From an uncultured Clostridia bacterium (GTDB lineage Bacteria > UBA6262 > WVXT01): a DNA stretch of 64,000 nucleotides. Below the pieces are notes generated by a model. That model did no database searches, was not told where the DNA came from, and worked only from the letters and a program-made list of their open reading frames with translations. This document shows, one piece after another, positions 47,016 to 55,954 of the stretch. Where the stretch lies: contig CAYFRM010000075.1 in assembly GCA_964345635.1 (NCBI GenBank), positions 11,531 to 75,530 on the forward strand, written 5' to 3'. How positions within the stretch are numbered: position 1 is the stretch's first letter; every line of letters begins with the position of its first letter. A program made the position numbers and the translations under genes.

Positions 47016-49133
47016 ATGGAATTCCAACTCAAAATAGTGCTGGAAAAACTTTTTTATCCCAAATCAATAGCAGTTATCGGCGCCTCCCGCGAAGAAGGAA
47101 AAGTTGGCCACAGCATTTTGAAAAATCTCCTCCGCTACGGTTACCCGGGAAAGATTTATCCCATCAATCCCAAAACAGACGAAATTTTGAGAACAAGAGC
47201 ATATTCCACAATCTTTGCCGTGGAAGGGCAGATAGACCTCGCTGTAGTGGCTATTCCTGCCAAATCAGTTCCTTCCATACTTGAAGATTGCGCAAAGAAA
47301 GAAATAGGTGCGGTGATTATTATTTCGGCTGGCTTCAAAGAATCCGGCAAACAGGGTTCCCAGCTGGAAAGAGACCTGGTGGAAATTATCAAAAATTCAA
47401 GTATGAGGGTACTCGGACCGAATTGTCTGGGAATCATCGATACTGCCTCAAGCCTTAACGCCTCTTTTGCCGCGGGTATGCCTTCCCGAGGAAACATTGC
47501 CTTCTTTTCTCAATCCGGTGCTCTATGTACCGCCGTGTTGGATTGGGCACTTGAGGAAGATGTGGGATTCTCAAAATTCATTAGTCTGGGAAATAAGGCA
47601 GACATAGATGAAGTGGACCTGTTGCTTGCCCTGGCTGAGGATTCGGAAACCAGGGTTATCCTCGGCTATCTGGAAGGAATAGAGGATGGCGTCAGATTTA
47701 TGGAAGTAGCCAGAGAGGTCTCACGAAAAAAACCTGTCATTATCACCAAATCTGCACGCACGCAAGCCGGCGCAAAAGCCGCCTCTTCGCATACGGGAAC
47801 GCTGGCAGGCCTGGACACGGCCTACGAAGCGGCTTTCAGACAGAGCGGAATAATCAGAGCCGAGACCGTGCAAACTCTTTTCGATTACGCTATTGCCTTT
47901 GCCCAGCAACCCATTCCCCGGGGACCAAATCTTGCTATTCTGACCAATGCCGGCGGTCCGGCAATTATCGCCGCGGATGCAGTGGAGAACTCCCTTCTCC
48001 AGATGGCTTCTTTCAGGGAGGATACGGTTAGTAAACTGCGAAAGGAGCTCCCCTCTAATGCTTCCGTATATAATCCGGTTGACGTGATTGGCGACGCGGG
48101 AGCGGATCGTTATGAGAAGGCAATGAAAATTATCGTTGCTGACCCGGGAGTCGATAGCCTTACGGTAATTTTGGCGCCCCAGGCAATGACTGATATAAAA
48201 GAAACGGCGGAAGTCATAAACAATATCTCTTCCACAGTCTCCGACAAACCTATCGTCGCTTCATTTATGGGACAGCTAGAAGTTAAGGAGGGTAGAAAGA
48301 TTTTGCGCGCGGGGAAGATACCCAATTATCCTTACCCGGAGCGCACTATTTCTGCTCTGGAGGCTATGGTTAAGTACGAGAAGTTGAAAAAGAGACGTCC
48401 TGGCAAGATTCACCTTTTGGAAGTGAATAAGAAAAAGGCAGAAGAAATTCTGGCAAAAGCGAAAGCGAAAAGCAAAGCTAATCTGTCTGCTGAGGAAACC
48501 AGAGAAGTGCTTTCAGCTTATGGTTTTTCTCTTCCCCGGAGAATCGTTGCCGAAACTTCGCGGGAAGCAATTTCTGCGGCAAACTCTCTGGGTTATCCCG
48601 TGGTAATGAAGATTGTTTCTCCCGATATTTTGCACAAATCCGACGTGGGGGGAGTTAAAATGGGAGTGACCAACAGGTCTCAGGTTGCCAGTAGCTTTGA
48701 AGATCTCGTTTCCCATGCAAAAAGATTTATGCCGGAAGCATTAATCCTGGGAGTAAGCGTGGAGGAGATGGTGGAACAGGGGAAAGAGGTAATACTGGGC
48801 TCCTCCCGAGATCCTTCTTTCGGGCCCCTTCTTATGTTCGGGCTGGGCGGAATCTATATAGAAATTCTCAAAGATATATCTTTCAGGATTGCACCGTTAA
48901 CTTTAGATGAGGCAGAGTCAATGATAAAGGAAGTCCGCTCCTACCCCATCCTTAAGGGAGTGCGCGGAGAAAAACCTTCCGACTTACTCGCAGTCAGAGA
49001 TGGTCTGTTAAGATTGTCTCAACTGGTTACGGAGTTCCCGGAAATTTTGGAGATTGATATAAATCCATTAATGGTCTTACCGGTGGGTAAAGGAGCTGTA
49101 GCCATAGATTCACGATTGGCAATAAAAATATGA
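47016..49133 (+). CDS. Acetyl-CoA synthetase (ADP-forming), fused alpha/beta NDP-forming acyl-CoA synthetase
   Basis: 705 aa; CoA-binding 'IAVIGASREEGKVGH', phospho-His loop 'SSHTGTLAG', C-terminal ATP-grasp. Confidence 0.85.
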   Translation: MEFQLKIVLEKLFYPKSIAVIGASREEGKVGHSILKNLLRYGYPGKIYPINPKTDEILRTRAYSTIFAVEGQIDLAVVAIPAKSVPSILEDCAKKEIGAVIIISAGFKESGKQGSQLERDLVEIIKNSSMRVLGPNCLGIIDTASSLNASFAAGMPSRGNIAFFSQSGALCTAVLDWALEEDVGFSKFISLGNKADIDEVDLLLALAEDSETRVILGYLEGIEDGVRFMEVAREVSRKKPVIITKSARTQAGAKAASSHTGTLAGLDTAYEAAFRQSGIIRAETVQTLFDYAIAFAQQPIPRGPNLAILTNAGGPAIIAADAVENSLLQMASFREDTVSKLRKELPSNASVYNPVDVIGDAGADRYEKAMKIIVADPGVDSLTVILAPQAMTDIKETAEVINNISSTVSDKPIVASFMGQLEVKEGRKILRAGKIPNYPYPERTISALEAMVKYEKLKKRRPGKIHLLEVNKKKAEEILAKAKAKSKANLSAEETREVLSAYGFSLPRRIVAETSREAISAANSLGYPVVMKIVSPDILHKSDVGGVKMGVTNRSQVASSFEDLVSHAKRFMPEALILGVSVEEMVEQGKEVILGSSRDPSFGPLLMFGLGGIYIEILKDISFRIAPLTLDEAESMIKEVRSYPILKGVRGEKPSDLLAVRDGLLRLSQLVTEFPEILEIDINPLMVLPVGKGAVAIDSRLAIKI

Positions 49134-49141
49134 TCTAAATT

Positions 49142-49245
49142 TGTAGTGTAGGGGCGGCGCTCCGTGGCCGCCCAGAGTAAGGGACGGCACAGAGTCCGTC
49201 CCCTACACATAGACAAAATTGACACACTTTGCTGTTACATTCTTG
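49142..49245 (+). repeat. Repeat family A, compact copy A4 plus degenerate CTTTGCTG(T/C)TACA module
   Basis: TGTAGTGTAGGGGCGGCGCTCCGTGGCCGCCC..GGGACGGCACAGAGTCCGTCCCCTACA; downstream CACTTTGCTGTTACAT resembles A1/A2 tail. Confidence 0.8.
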
Positions 49246-49264
49246 AACGGAGGAGGATAAAAAA

Positions 49265-50335
49265 ATGGTCTCTCTATATGTGGGTTCTACCTGCGAATAT
49301 TCGGGAAAGACGCTGGTTTGTATAGGTTTGGGAAAAAGGTTTCAAAACGATGGTATATCTATTGCCTATTTTAAACCTCTGGGAAAACTTCCTGTGAGAG
49401 TAGGAAAGCTACTGGTTGACGAGGACGGAGTTTCCATGCAGGAAATTTTGGGACTGCAGGACCCGCTCGATTTAGTCTGTCCCGTCGTTCTGACCCAGGA
49501 CCTCACTATCCAGGCCTATACGAAAAAAATAAAAAGTTTAGAAAACAAAGTAATTGAAGCTTATGATAAGATTTCCCGGGGCAGGGATCTGGTTTTGATA
49601 GGAGGAGGAAGTAATTTTGACGAAGGTTCTTTTTTGGGTATCCCCGCGAGAAGACTAATCAGAGAAATGAAGGCCAGAGCCATATTAATTGATAAATGCG
49701 AAACGGATATTTTAGTAGATCCTATTCTCGCTGCCAGGGAGTTTCTGGGAGAGAGTCTCATAGGTGTAGTTCTGAATCGCATCGCTCTGGACAAGATCGA
49801 ATATTTCAAAAGGAGAATAGTGCCTTTTTTGAAAAGAGAGGGAATAGAAGTTTTAGGAATGATTCCTCAGGACACTTTGTTAAATGCTATCAGCATTGGC
49901 GAACTCTCTGACAGCCTGGGAGGAGAAATTCTTTGTTGTGATGATAAGGTAGACGAGCTGGTGGAACATTTCATGATCGGGGCGATGAATGTGGAAGGGG
50001 CTTTAAGATATTTCCGAAAAGTTCAAAACAAAGCGGTCATTACCGGAGGCGACCGCGCCGACGTCCAGCTCGCCGCCCTGGAAACCTCAACCAGATGCAT
50101 TATTTTGACCGGCAACCTTTTCCCCAGCCATATTATAATTTCCCGGGCAGAAGAACGGCAAGTGCCGATAGTACTGGTTAAAGAAGACACACTGACGACG
50201 GTAGAAAAAATAGAAAGTCTACTCAGACGCTTGAGAGTCAGTGGCAAGAAGAAAGTGGCCCGAGCCGTAGAACTGGTAAATCGAGAGGTAAACTTTCGGT
50301 CCTTGTATGATAAGTTAGGTATCAGGGTAAGATAA
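49265..50335 (+). CDS. Standalone phosphotransacetylase N-terminal-like regulatory protein (AAA_26 + DRTGG domains), no PTA catalytic domain
   Basis: 356 aa; N-terminus 'VGSTCEYSGKTLVCIGLG..FKPLG' like Pta N-term; 'VITGGDRAD' DRTGG motif. Confidence 0.6.
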   Translation: MVSLYVGSTCEYSGKTLVCIGLGKRFQNDGISIAYFKPLGKLPVRVGKLLVDEDGVSMQEILGLQDPLDLVCPVVLTQDLTIQAYTKKIKSLENKVIEAYDKISRGRDLVLIGGGSNFDEGSFLGIPARRLIREMKARAILIDKCETDILVDPILAAREFLGESLIGVVLNRIALDKIEYFKRRIVPFLKREGIEVLGMIPQDTLLNAISIGELSDSLGGEILCCDDKVDELVEHFMIGAMNVEGALRYFRKVQNKAVITGGDRADVQLAALETSTRCIILTGNLFPSHIIISRAEERQVPIVLVKEDTLTTVEKIESLLRRLRVSGKKKVARAVELVNREVNFRSLYDKLGIRVR

Positions 50336-50395
50336 AACGCCAATGCAGAGCGACAGTTCCGCGTTATGATGTAGCTGCAGAGCGAAGCTCTGCTT

Positions 50396-50465
50396 CGATG
50401 TAGGTAGTGTAGGGCTTTATGCCCGTCCCCATTAATCGGGACGCCCATAAAGGGCTACACTACTC
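50396..50465 (+). repeat. Family B host-motif copy without hairpin insert (B4), flanked by GCAGAGCGAAGCTCTGC hairpin
   Basis: GTAGGTAGTGTAGGGCTTTATGCCCGTCCCC..GGGACGCCCATAAAGGGCTACACTAC imperfect long inverted repeat; upstream 50369-50385 GCAGAGC-gaa-GCTCTGC. Confidence 0.7.
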
Positions 50466-50491
50466 GCAAGTTTTGGAAGAGAGCCTGTGTA

Positions 50492-51181
50492 ATGATTCCG
50501 CTTAAAGACACCGTACCGTCGGAAAGGTATCCCATTGCCACCGTATTTTTAATCGTGGCGAACATTTCCGTATTCTTTTATGAGATTAGCCTGGGCGGAA
50601 AATTGCCGGAACTGGTCAAATTTGCCGGTGTGGTACCGGCGCGCTTTTTTGATTCTCAATTGTATACGTATCAAGGACTCCTCCGGCGTTACTTTCCCAT
50701 ATTTACTTCTCTTTTCCTGCACGGAGGATGGTTTCACGTTCTGGGCAATATGTTGTATCTCTGGATTTTTGCCGACAATATCGAAGACAGGCTGGGACAC
50801 TTTAAGTTTCTGGTTTTCTATTTTCTCTGCGGATTGGGAGCAGGCCTGGCTCATATCTTTGCCAATCCTACTTCCTCCGTGCCTTCGATTGGTGCCAGCG
50901 GCGCTATTGCCGGGATTTTGGGTGCATACTTTATTCTCTATCCTAAATCCCGGGTAATTACTCTGGTGCCAATCTTTTTCTTTTTTCAGATCATTGAGCT
51001 TCCAGCGTTTATATTTTTGGGAATCTGGTTCTTTATGCAGTTTTTCAACGGGGTGTTAACCCTGGGTCCCGGGACTGCCCAGGCAGGGGGAATTGCCTGG
51101 TGGGCACATATCGGGGGATTTTTAAGCGGAATATTTTTTATTCTTCTTTTGAAAGGAAAAAAATATCAGAGAAGAGGGTGA
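50492..51181 (+). CDS. Rhomboid-family intramembrane serine protease
   Basis: 229 aa; 'GASGAIAGILG' GxSG and downstream 'AHIGGF' His helix. Confidence 0.8.
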   Translation: MIPLKDTVPSERYPIATVFLIVANISVFFYEISLGGKLPELVKFAGVVPARFFDSQLYTYQGLLRRYFPIFTSLFLHGGWFHVLGNMLYLWIFADNIEDRLGHFKFLVFYFLCGLGAGLAHIFANPTSSVPSIGASGAIAGILGAYFILYPKSRVITLVPIFFFFQIIELPAFIFLGIWFFMQFFNGVLTLGPGTAQAGGIAWWAHIGGFLSGIFFILLLKGKKYQRRG

Positions 51182-51195
51182 ATAGAACTTTTCGT

Positions 51196-52461
51196 ATGTA
51201 TAAAAAATATGTACTGGATAACGGTTTGAAGGTCATAATAGCCCCCATGAAAGGAACACGAGCGGTCACTGTTTTGATTTTGGTGGGAACAGGATCTCGC
51301 TACGAATCCGAACAATTGAACGGCATCACTCATTTTTTGGAGCATATGTTGTTCAGGGGAACGAACAAGCGACCAAGCGCCAAAGTCATTTCCGAAAGTA
51401 TTGATAGAGTAGGAGGAGAGCTGAACGCTTATACCAGCGAAGAGAGCACCGGCTTTTTTGTTCACTTAGCAAGTACTCATTTGGAGCTCGCCCTGGATGT
51501 TCTTTCGGATATGCTGCTTAATTCAAAATTTGAAAAAGAGGAGATCGAAAAGGAGAAAGGGGTAATCCTGGAAGAGATTAATATGCATCAGGATAAACCC
51601 GATGTGCAGGTTGCAAATATCTACAAATCCTTGCTTTACGGCAACCAACCTCTGGGATGGGAAGTAATCGGGAAAAAAGAGGTAATCAAAAATATGGACC
51701 GGGGAAAATTATTGGCTTATCGAGAAGAAAATTTTTCCCCCAATAATACAGTAATCTCCATTGCCGGCGATGTCCAGCCCGGAAAGACTTGTGCATTGAT
51801 TAAAGAGTATTTGGGTAGATGGGAAAATAGAAAAAGGCCTTCCTGTCTGTTCCTGCAGGAAAAACAGACAGTTCCTGCTATTGCCCTGCAACATAGAAAG
51901 ACCGACCAGTCCTATATATGCCTGGGGGTAAGGACTTTTGCTTACGAACATCCCGATTATTATGTTCTGAGAATTTTGAATACCATTCTGGGAGGGATGG
52001 TAAGTTCCCGCCTTTTTGTGCGACTTCGGGAAGAAGAAGGGATAGCTTATTCAGTCGATTCTTTGAGAGAATCTTATCGGGATGGAGGGAACTTGCGTGT
52101 TAATGCAGGAGTGGAAATAAAAAAGACAAAAGCTGCCATCGGGGCCGTTTTAGAAGAATTTAGGAGACTGTGTCAAGAAATTCTTGGCGAGGAAGAATTA
52201 AGAAAAGGTAAGGAATACCTGAAAGGCAGATTAGCCCTGGAACTGGAGCTTTCTTCCGGAGTAGCCGGGTTTCTGGGTCATCAGGAACTCCTTCTGGAAA
52301 AAATCAAATTGCCGGAAGAACAGATAAGAGAAATCGAAAAAGTTTCTGCACGAGACATAAATAGAGTGGCCAAAACAATTTTTGTCGACAAACACCTCAA
52401 TCTGGCAGTGGTTGGTCCCTTTACGGATAAAAATATATTTGTAAAATTATTAAAATTTTAA
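51196..52461 (+). CDS. M16-family zinc peptidase (pitrilysin-like)
   Basis: Start 'MYKKYVLDNGLKVI'; inverted zinc motif 'HFLEHMLFRG' (HxxEH). Confidence 0.8.
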   Translation: MYKKYVLDNGLKVIIAPMKGTRAVTVLILVGTGSRYESEQLNGITHFLEHMLFRGTNKRPSAKVISESIDRVGGELNAYTSEESTGFFVHLASTHLELALDVLSDMLLNSKFEKEEIEKEKGVILEEINMHQDKPDVQVANIYKSLLYGNQPLGWEVIGKKEVIKNMDRGKLLAYREENFSPNNTVISIAGDVQPGKTCALIKEYLGRWENRKRPSCLFLQEKQTVPAIALQHRKTDQSYICLGVRTFAYEHPDYYVLRILNTILGGMVSSRLFVRLREEEGIAYSVDSLRESYRDGGNLRVNAGVEIKKTKAAIGAVLEEFRRLCQEILGEEELRKGKEYLKGRLALELELSSGVAGFLGHQELLLEKIKLPEEQIREIEKVSARDINRVAKTIFVDKHLNLAVVGPFTDKNIFVKLLKF

Positions 52462-52500
52462 TTTTTCGCTTGATGAATAGGATAATTTTGTATATAATTT

Positions 52501-53082
52501 GTGATGAAAGGAGAAACGATGGCTACAATAAAGAAACCCCTTCCCGTAAAATTAATAATGGGGATGATATCTACGGACGTAGAGCTTTTCGACCAGGTGA
52601 CGCAAGTTTTAGTGGGGAAATTTGGTCCGGTGGATTTTAAAAGTGACGTATTCAAGTTTGACAAGACGGATTATTACGAGGAAGAAATCGGCAGGAATTT
52701 AAAAAGACAGTTTTTAAGTTTTTCCGAGTTGGTGGAAGCAAAGGGGATGGTAGAAATCAAATTATTTACTAACAACCTGGAGGAAAAGTTCTCTCTTTCC
52801 AAGGAGGAACCAAGCCGTCTTGTTAATCTCGACCCGGGGTATGTCGATTGTACAAAGTTGGTTTTGGCCAGCACCAAGGATTCACCGAACAGAATCTATT
52901 TGAGAGATATGATTTATGCAGAGATAGTTTTGTATTTCAGCCAGGGAACTTTTAAGTCCCGGCCCTGGACTTTTCCCGACTACAAATCCCGGGAGTATAT
53001 CGAAACGTTTAACCAGATTAGGAGACTTTATATTAGCCAGAGGCGTGATATCATTGGCAGGAAAGCAGACAAAACGTTGTAA
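52501..53082 (+). CDS. Hypothetical cytoplasmic protein (possibly DUF4416-like, unverified)
   Basis: 193 aa ORF; alternative start MATIKK at 52519; no motif I can place. Confidence 0.4.
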   Translation: MMKGETMATIKKPLPVKLIMGMISTDVELFDQVTQVLVGKFGPVDFKSDVFKFDKTDYYEEEIGRNLKRQFLSFSELVEAKGMVEIKLFTNNLEEKFSLSKEEPSRLVNLDPGYVDCTKLVLASTKDSPNRIYLRDMIYAEIVLYFSQGTFKSRPWTFPDYKSREYIETFNQIRRLYISQRRDIIGRKADKTL

Positions 53083-53145
53083 ATTTCTTGACAAAATTTC
53101 ATTATCTCAATATAATTATTTAGAGAATGCAATAACTATTTCAAA

Positions 53146-53217
53146 GGGCAATTAGCTCAGCGGGAGAGCGCTGCTTTCACAAGGCAGAGGTCGCTGGTTC
53201 AACCCCAGCATTGCCCA
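53146..53217 (+). tRNA. tRNA-Val (CAC)
   Basis: Acceptor GGGCAAT/ATTGCCC, D-arm GCTCAGCGGGAGAGC, anticodon stem-loop CTGCT-TTCACAA-GGCAG, T-arm GCTGGTTCAACCCCAGC. Confidence 0.8.
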
Positions 53218-53228
53218 GGTCAAAGATT

Positions 53229-53250
53229 GGAATCTTATTCCTAATTTTTT
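53229..53250 (+). terminator. Weak terminator-like hairpin after tRNA-Val
   Basis: GGAAT-ctt-ATTCC then TAATTTTTT. Confidence 0.3.
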
Positions 53251-53274
53251 ATTAAAAGGGGGGAGGTGAATTCG

Positions 53275-53355
53275 ATGGCGGCTAAGAAGAGAAAGAAAGC
53301 CAAGAAGAAGAAAAAGGCTAAGAAGAAGAAAAAGAGGAAAAAAAGAGTGTGTTAA
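53275..53355 (+). CDS. Lysine-rich micro-ORF (26 aa, MAAKKRKKAKKKKKAKKKKKRKKRVC)
   Basis: Strong SD GGGGGGAGGTG 7 nt upstream of ATG; A-rich so could be chance; see findings. Confidence 0.3.
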   Translation: MAAKKRKKAKKKKKAKKKKKRKKRVC

Positions 53356-53459
53356 GAAGGAACAACATTCTTAAAGGATTTTAAAAAGAAAGGAGCGGCT
53401 CCCTCCAGAGTCGCTCTTTTCTTTATGGTTAGTGTTAAGGATCAACCAGGAGGAACAAA

Positions 53460-54137
53460 TTGAAAAATAATTTCTGGAAAATTATGATGTTAAGCTTTGC
53501 TATCGGGATTGGGTGGTTTGCGATCTCTTGCGGTTTTGCAGAAGAAATATCAGAGCCCGGGCAAGAAGAGTGGAAATTACCTCAGCCCAGGAAACGGAGC
53601 AGAGTCAGTCTTGAGCGGGCGTTAGACCTGCGCCGGTCAAGCAAGGGAGGCTTTTCGGAAAGGGAGTTGGATGAAAAACAGCTTGGTCAAATCCTGTGGG
53701 CAGCAAGAGGAGTAAACCGTGCCGACGGAAAGCTTACTTCTCCTTCGGCGATGGCTCGGTATTCGGTCTCGGTCTATGTTGCCACAAGTAAAGGGACTTT
53801 CCTTTACGTTTCGGAAAACCATGCTCTCTTACCCATTGATGATAAAGATATAAGAAAAGGCATAGGGACGCAGGATTATGTGAAAACTGCTCCTGTTATT
53901 TTGGTATTTGCTGCCGATTTTTCGAAATTGCCCGAAACTATTTCTATGAACAGGAAGATTCTTTTTGTCAGCGCAGAGGCGGGAGCTATCGGGGAGAATG
54001 TTTACTTGCAATGTGCGGCGCTAAAATTGGGAACTTCGTTCATAGGTTCTATAGACAAAGGTTTCATAAAGGGAGCTTTAGATTTCGGAAAGGACGTGGA
54101 GCCTTTATTTGGTATGCCCGTAGGTTACGTCAAGTGA
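53460..54137 (+). CDS. Nitroreductase-family protein, SagB/ThcOx-type, with N-terminal signal/lipoprotein-like peptide
   Basis: 225 aa; hydrophobic N-terminus 'IMMLSFAIGIGWFAISCG'; 'RRSSKGGFSERELDEKQLGQILWAARGVN' nitroreductase core. Confidence 0.65.
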   Translation: MKNNFWKIMMLSFAIGIGWFAISCGFAEEISEPGQEEWKLPQPRKRSRVSLERALDLRRSSKGGFSERELDEKQLGQILWAARGVNRADGKLTSPSAMARYSVSVYVATSKGTFLYVSENHALLPIDDKDIRKGIGTQDYVKTAPVILVFAADFSKLPETISMNRKILFVSAEAGAIGENVYLQCAALKLGTSFIGSIDKGFIKGALDFGKDVEPLFGMPVGYVK

Positions 54138-54226
54138 GACGGAAGAACTTTCCGAGGAACTTTCGAGTTGACTTTCCCCAAAAAATTTAGTATAAGTAGG
54201 CTAGATTTACTTTTGGGGTAATAGGC

Positions 54227-54946
54227 GTGAATGAACAATTGAATAAATTAATTGCGTTACAGGAAGTGGATTTAGTCCTTGACCGCATTCAAAACGAAAT
54301 GGACGAGATTCCCAAAGAAATTGACAGATTGAACAGGGATTTAGAAGGAAGCGTAGCGTCGCTTGACGAAATGAAAAAGAAGATGACGGAGCTGCAACTG
54401 GACAGGAAAGACAAAGAACTGGAACTCAAGAACAAAGAGGAAGAACTTAAGAAACATCAGACCGAACTGTTTTCAATAAAGACAAACGAAGCCTATACCG
54501 CCTTACTTAAGGAAATCGAGGAAGGCAAGAAAGAAAAAGACGGTATTGAAGATAAAGTCCTTGCGGCACTGGAGCAAGAGGATGCTCTACTTGCTGAAGG
54601 GAAGATAAAAAAGGAAGAACTGGCCAGGAAGAAAGAAGCAGTTGCTAAACAGCAAAAGGAACTGGAGGACAAATTGCAGCGTTTGGGACAGAATCTGCAG
54701 GAAATCCAATCGGAACAGAAACAGAAAATAGCTGACATTAAACCGGAGATATTTGAGCGGTACAAGAGAATAAGAGAAAAAAAAGACGGCGTGGCAATTG
54801 TTCCGGTAGCTCATGGATTTTGCGGAGGTTGTAACATTGCCTTGCCGCCGCAGCTCATAAATGATGTTTTGAAAGGGGAAGATCTGGTAGCTTGTAGAAA
54901 TTGTTTGAGAATACTATATCTGAAAGAAAAAAATGAAGAGAGCTGA
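54227..54946 (+). CDS. COG1579/DUF164-type coiled-coil protein with C-terminal C4 zinc ribbon
   Basis: 239 aa; long heptad-rich region then 'CGGCNIALPPQ...CRNC'. Confidence 0.65.
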   Translation: MNEQLNKLIALQEVDLVLDRIQNEMDEIPKEIDRLNRDLEGSVASLDEMKKKMTELQLDRKDKELELKNKEEELKKHQTELFSIKTNEAYTALLKEIEEGKKEKDGIEDKVLAALEQEDALLAEGKIKKEELARKKEAVAKQQKELEDKLQRLGQNLQEIQSEQKQKIADIKPEIFERYKRIREKKDGVAIVPVAHGFCGGCNIALPPQLINDVLKGEDLVACRNCLRILYLKEKNEES

Positions 54947-55505
54947 GTTAGAAAAGGAAACGTGCAGGATATTGAACATTCTTGCTGAGGAAAAATCTTT
55001 TCGTGCCGTGAAGGAGAGACTTCCTGGGCTTACTGACAGAGAAATATGGCAAGTTATCTCCATTGCAGCTTCTAGGTTAAAGCGATTACCGGTAGAGCGG
55101 AGATACGGAAGTCTCTGGGTATACATTGACGGAGCTGCAGAGCCCAATCCGGGACCCTCCGGTATCGGGATAGTTATTTATGATGAGAAAAGAAAAAAAA
55201 TTAAGGAAGTAAGAAAATATATTGGCCTGGCAACGAACAACGTGGCTGAGTACAAGGCCCTGGTTCAGGGATTGCAGGAGAGTAAAAAGCTTTCGGCGCA
55301 AAATGTTAGTATATTGAGCGATTCTCAATTGTTGATCAACCAGATGAACGGAAGGTTTCGCATAAACAATAAACACCTGCTGAGACTATTTCAACAGGCA
55401 AAGAATCTTGAAAGTAAGTTTGATAAGGTCATTTATCGCGCGATAAGCAGAAATAATAACAAGCTAGCTGACCAACTTGCAAATTTGGCAATAAAAAAAG
55501 CGTAG
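54933..55505 (+). CDS. rnhA: Ribonuclease HI (RNase H type 1) with about 60-aa N-terminal extension
   Basis: 'VYIDGAAEPNPGPSGIGIVI', 'NNVAEYKALVQGL', 'SDSQLLINQM' RNase HI catalytic D/E/D motifs. Confidence 0.75.
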   Translation: MKRAELEKETCRILNILAEEKSFRAVKERLPGLTDREIWQVISIAASRLKRLPVERRYGSLWVYIDGAAEPNPGPSGIGIVIYDEKRKKIKEVRKYIGLATNNVAEYKALVQGLQESKKLSAQNVSILSDSQLLINQMNGRFRINNKHLLRLFQQAKNLESKFDKVIYRAISRNNNKLADQLANLAIKKA

Positions 55506-55564
55506 CTTTCATTTATGGGGTCGTTTGAATTGTAGTCGCTCCCATTCAAGGGAGCGCATATATA

Positions 55565-55860
55565 GGCTTGAAGTGAACCGGATGGTTGCTCCGATGTTTA
55601 TCGGAGAGGAAAGTCCGAACTCCACAGGGCGGAGTGTTCCGTGTAAACGGAAGGGGAGTAATCCTACGGAAAGTGGCACAGAAACCAGGTACAGGTAATG
55701 CTGTAGTGAAAAGGCTAAACCCCACTCGGAGCAAGACCGAATAGCAGAGAAGAGACGGCCCGTCTCGTTACTACTCTACGGGTTGGTCGCTCAGATAAAT
55801 AACCATCGTTCCGATTTATAGTCGGAATACAGGATTCGGCTTACAGGTTCATTTCAAGCC
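55565..55860 (+). ncRNA. rnpB: RNase P RNA (bacterial type A), compact (about 296 nt)
   Basis: P1 pairing GGCTTGAAGTGAACC/GGTTCATTTCAAGCC; P4 'GAGGAAAGTCCGAACTCCACAGGGC'; 'GTGAAAAGGCTAAACCCCAC', 'AATAG', 3' 'ACAGGATTCGGCTTACAG' match universally conserved regions; followed by T-run. Confidence 0.8.
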
Positions 55861-55954
55861 TTTTTTATTATTTACCAATATTGACTTTTTTTTCAAAAAG
55901 ATATAAGATAAAAAACGACAAATCAAAAAAGTTTTGTTTGATAAGGAAGTGAAT

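Noticed and set aside
2741-50465. Possible CRISPR array formed by the repeated palindromic units
   Set aside because: The repeats are dispersed over 48 kb at irregular gene junctions. They are not regularly spaced with unique spacers, and no cas genes are present.
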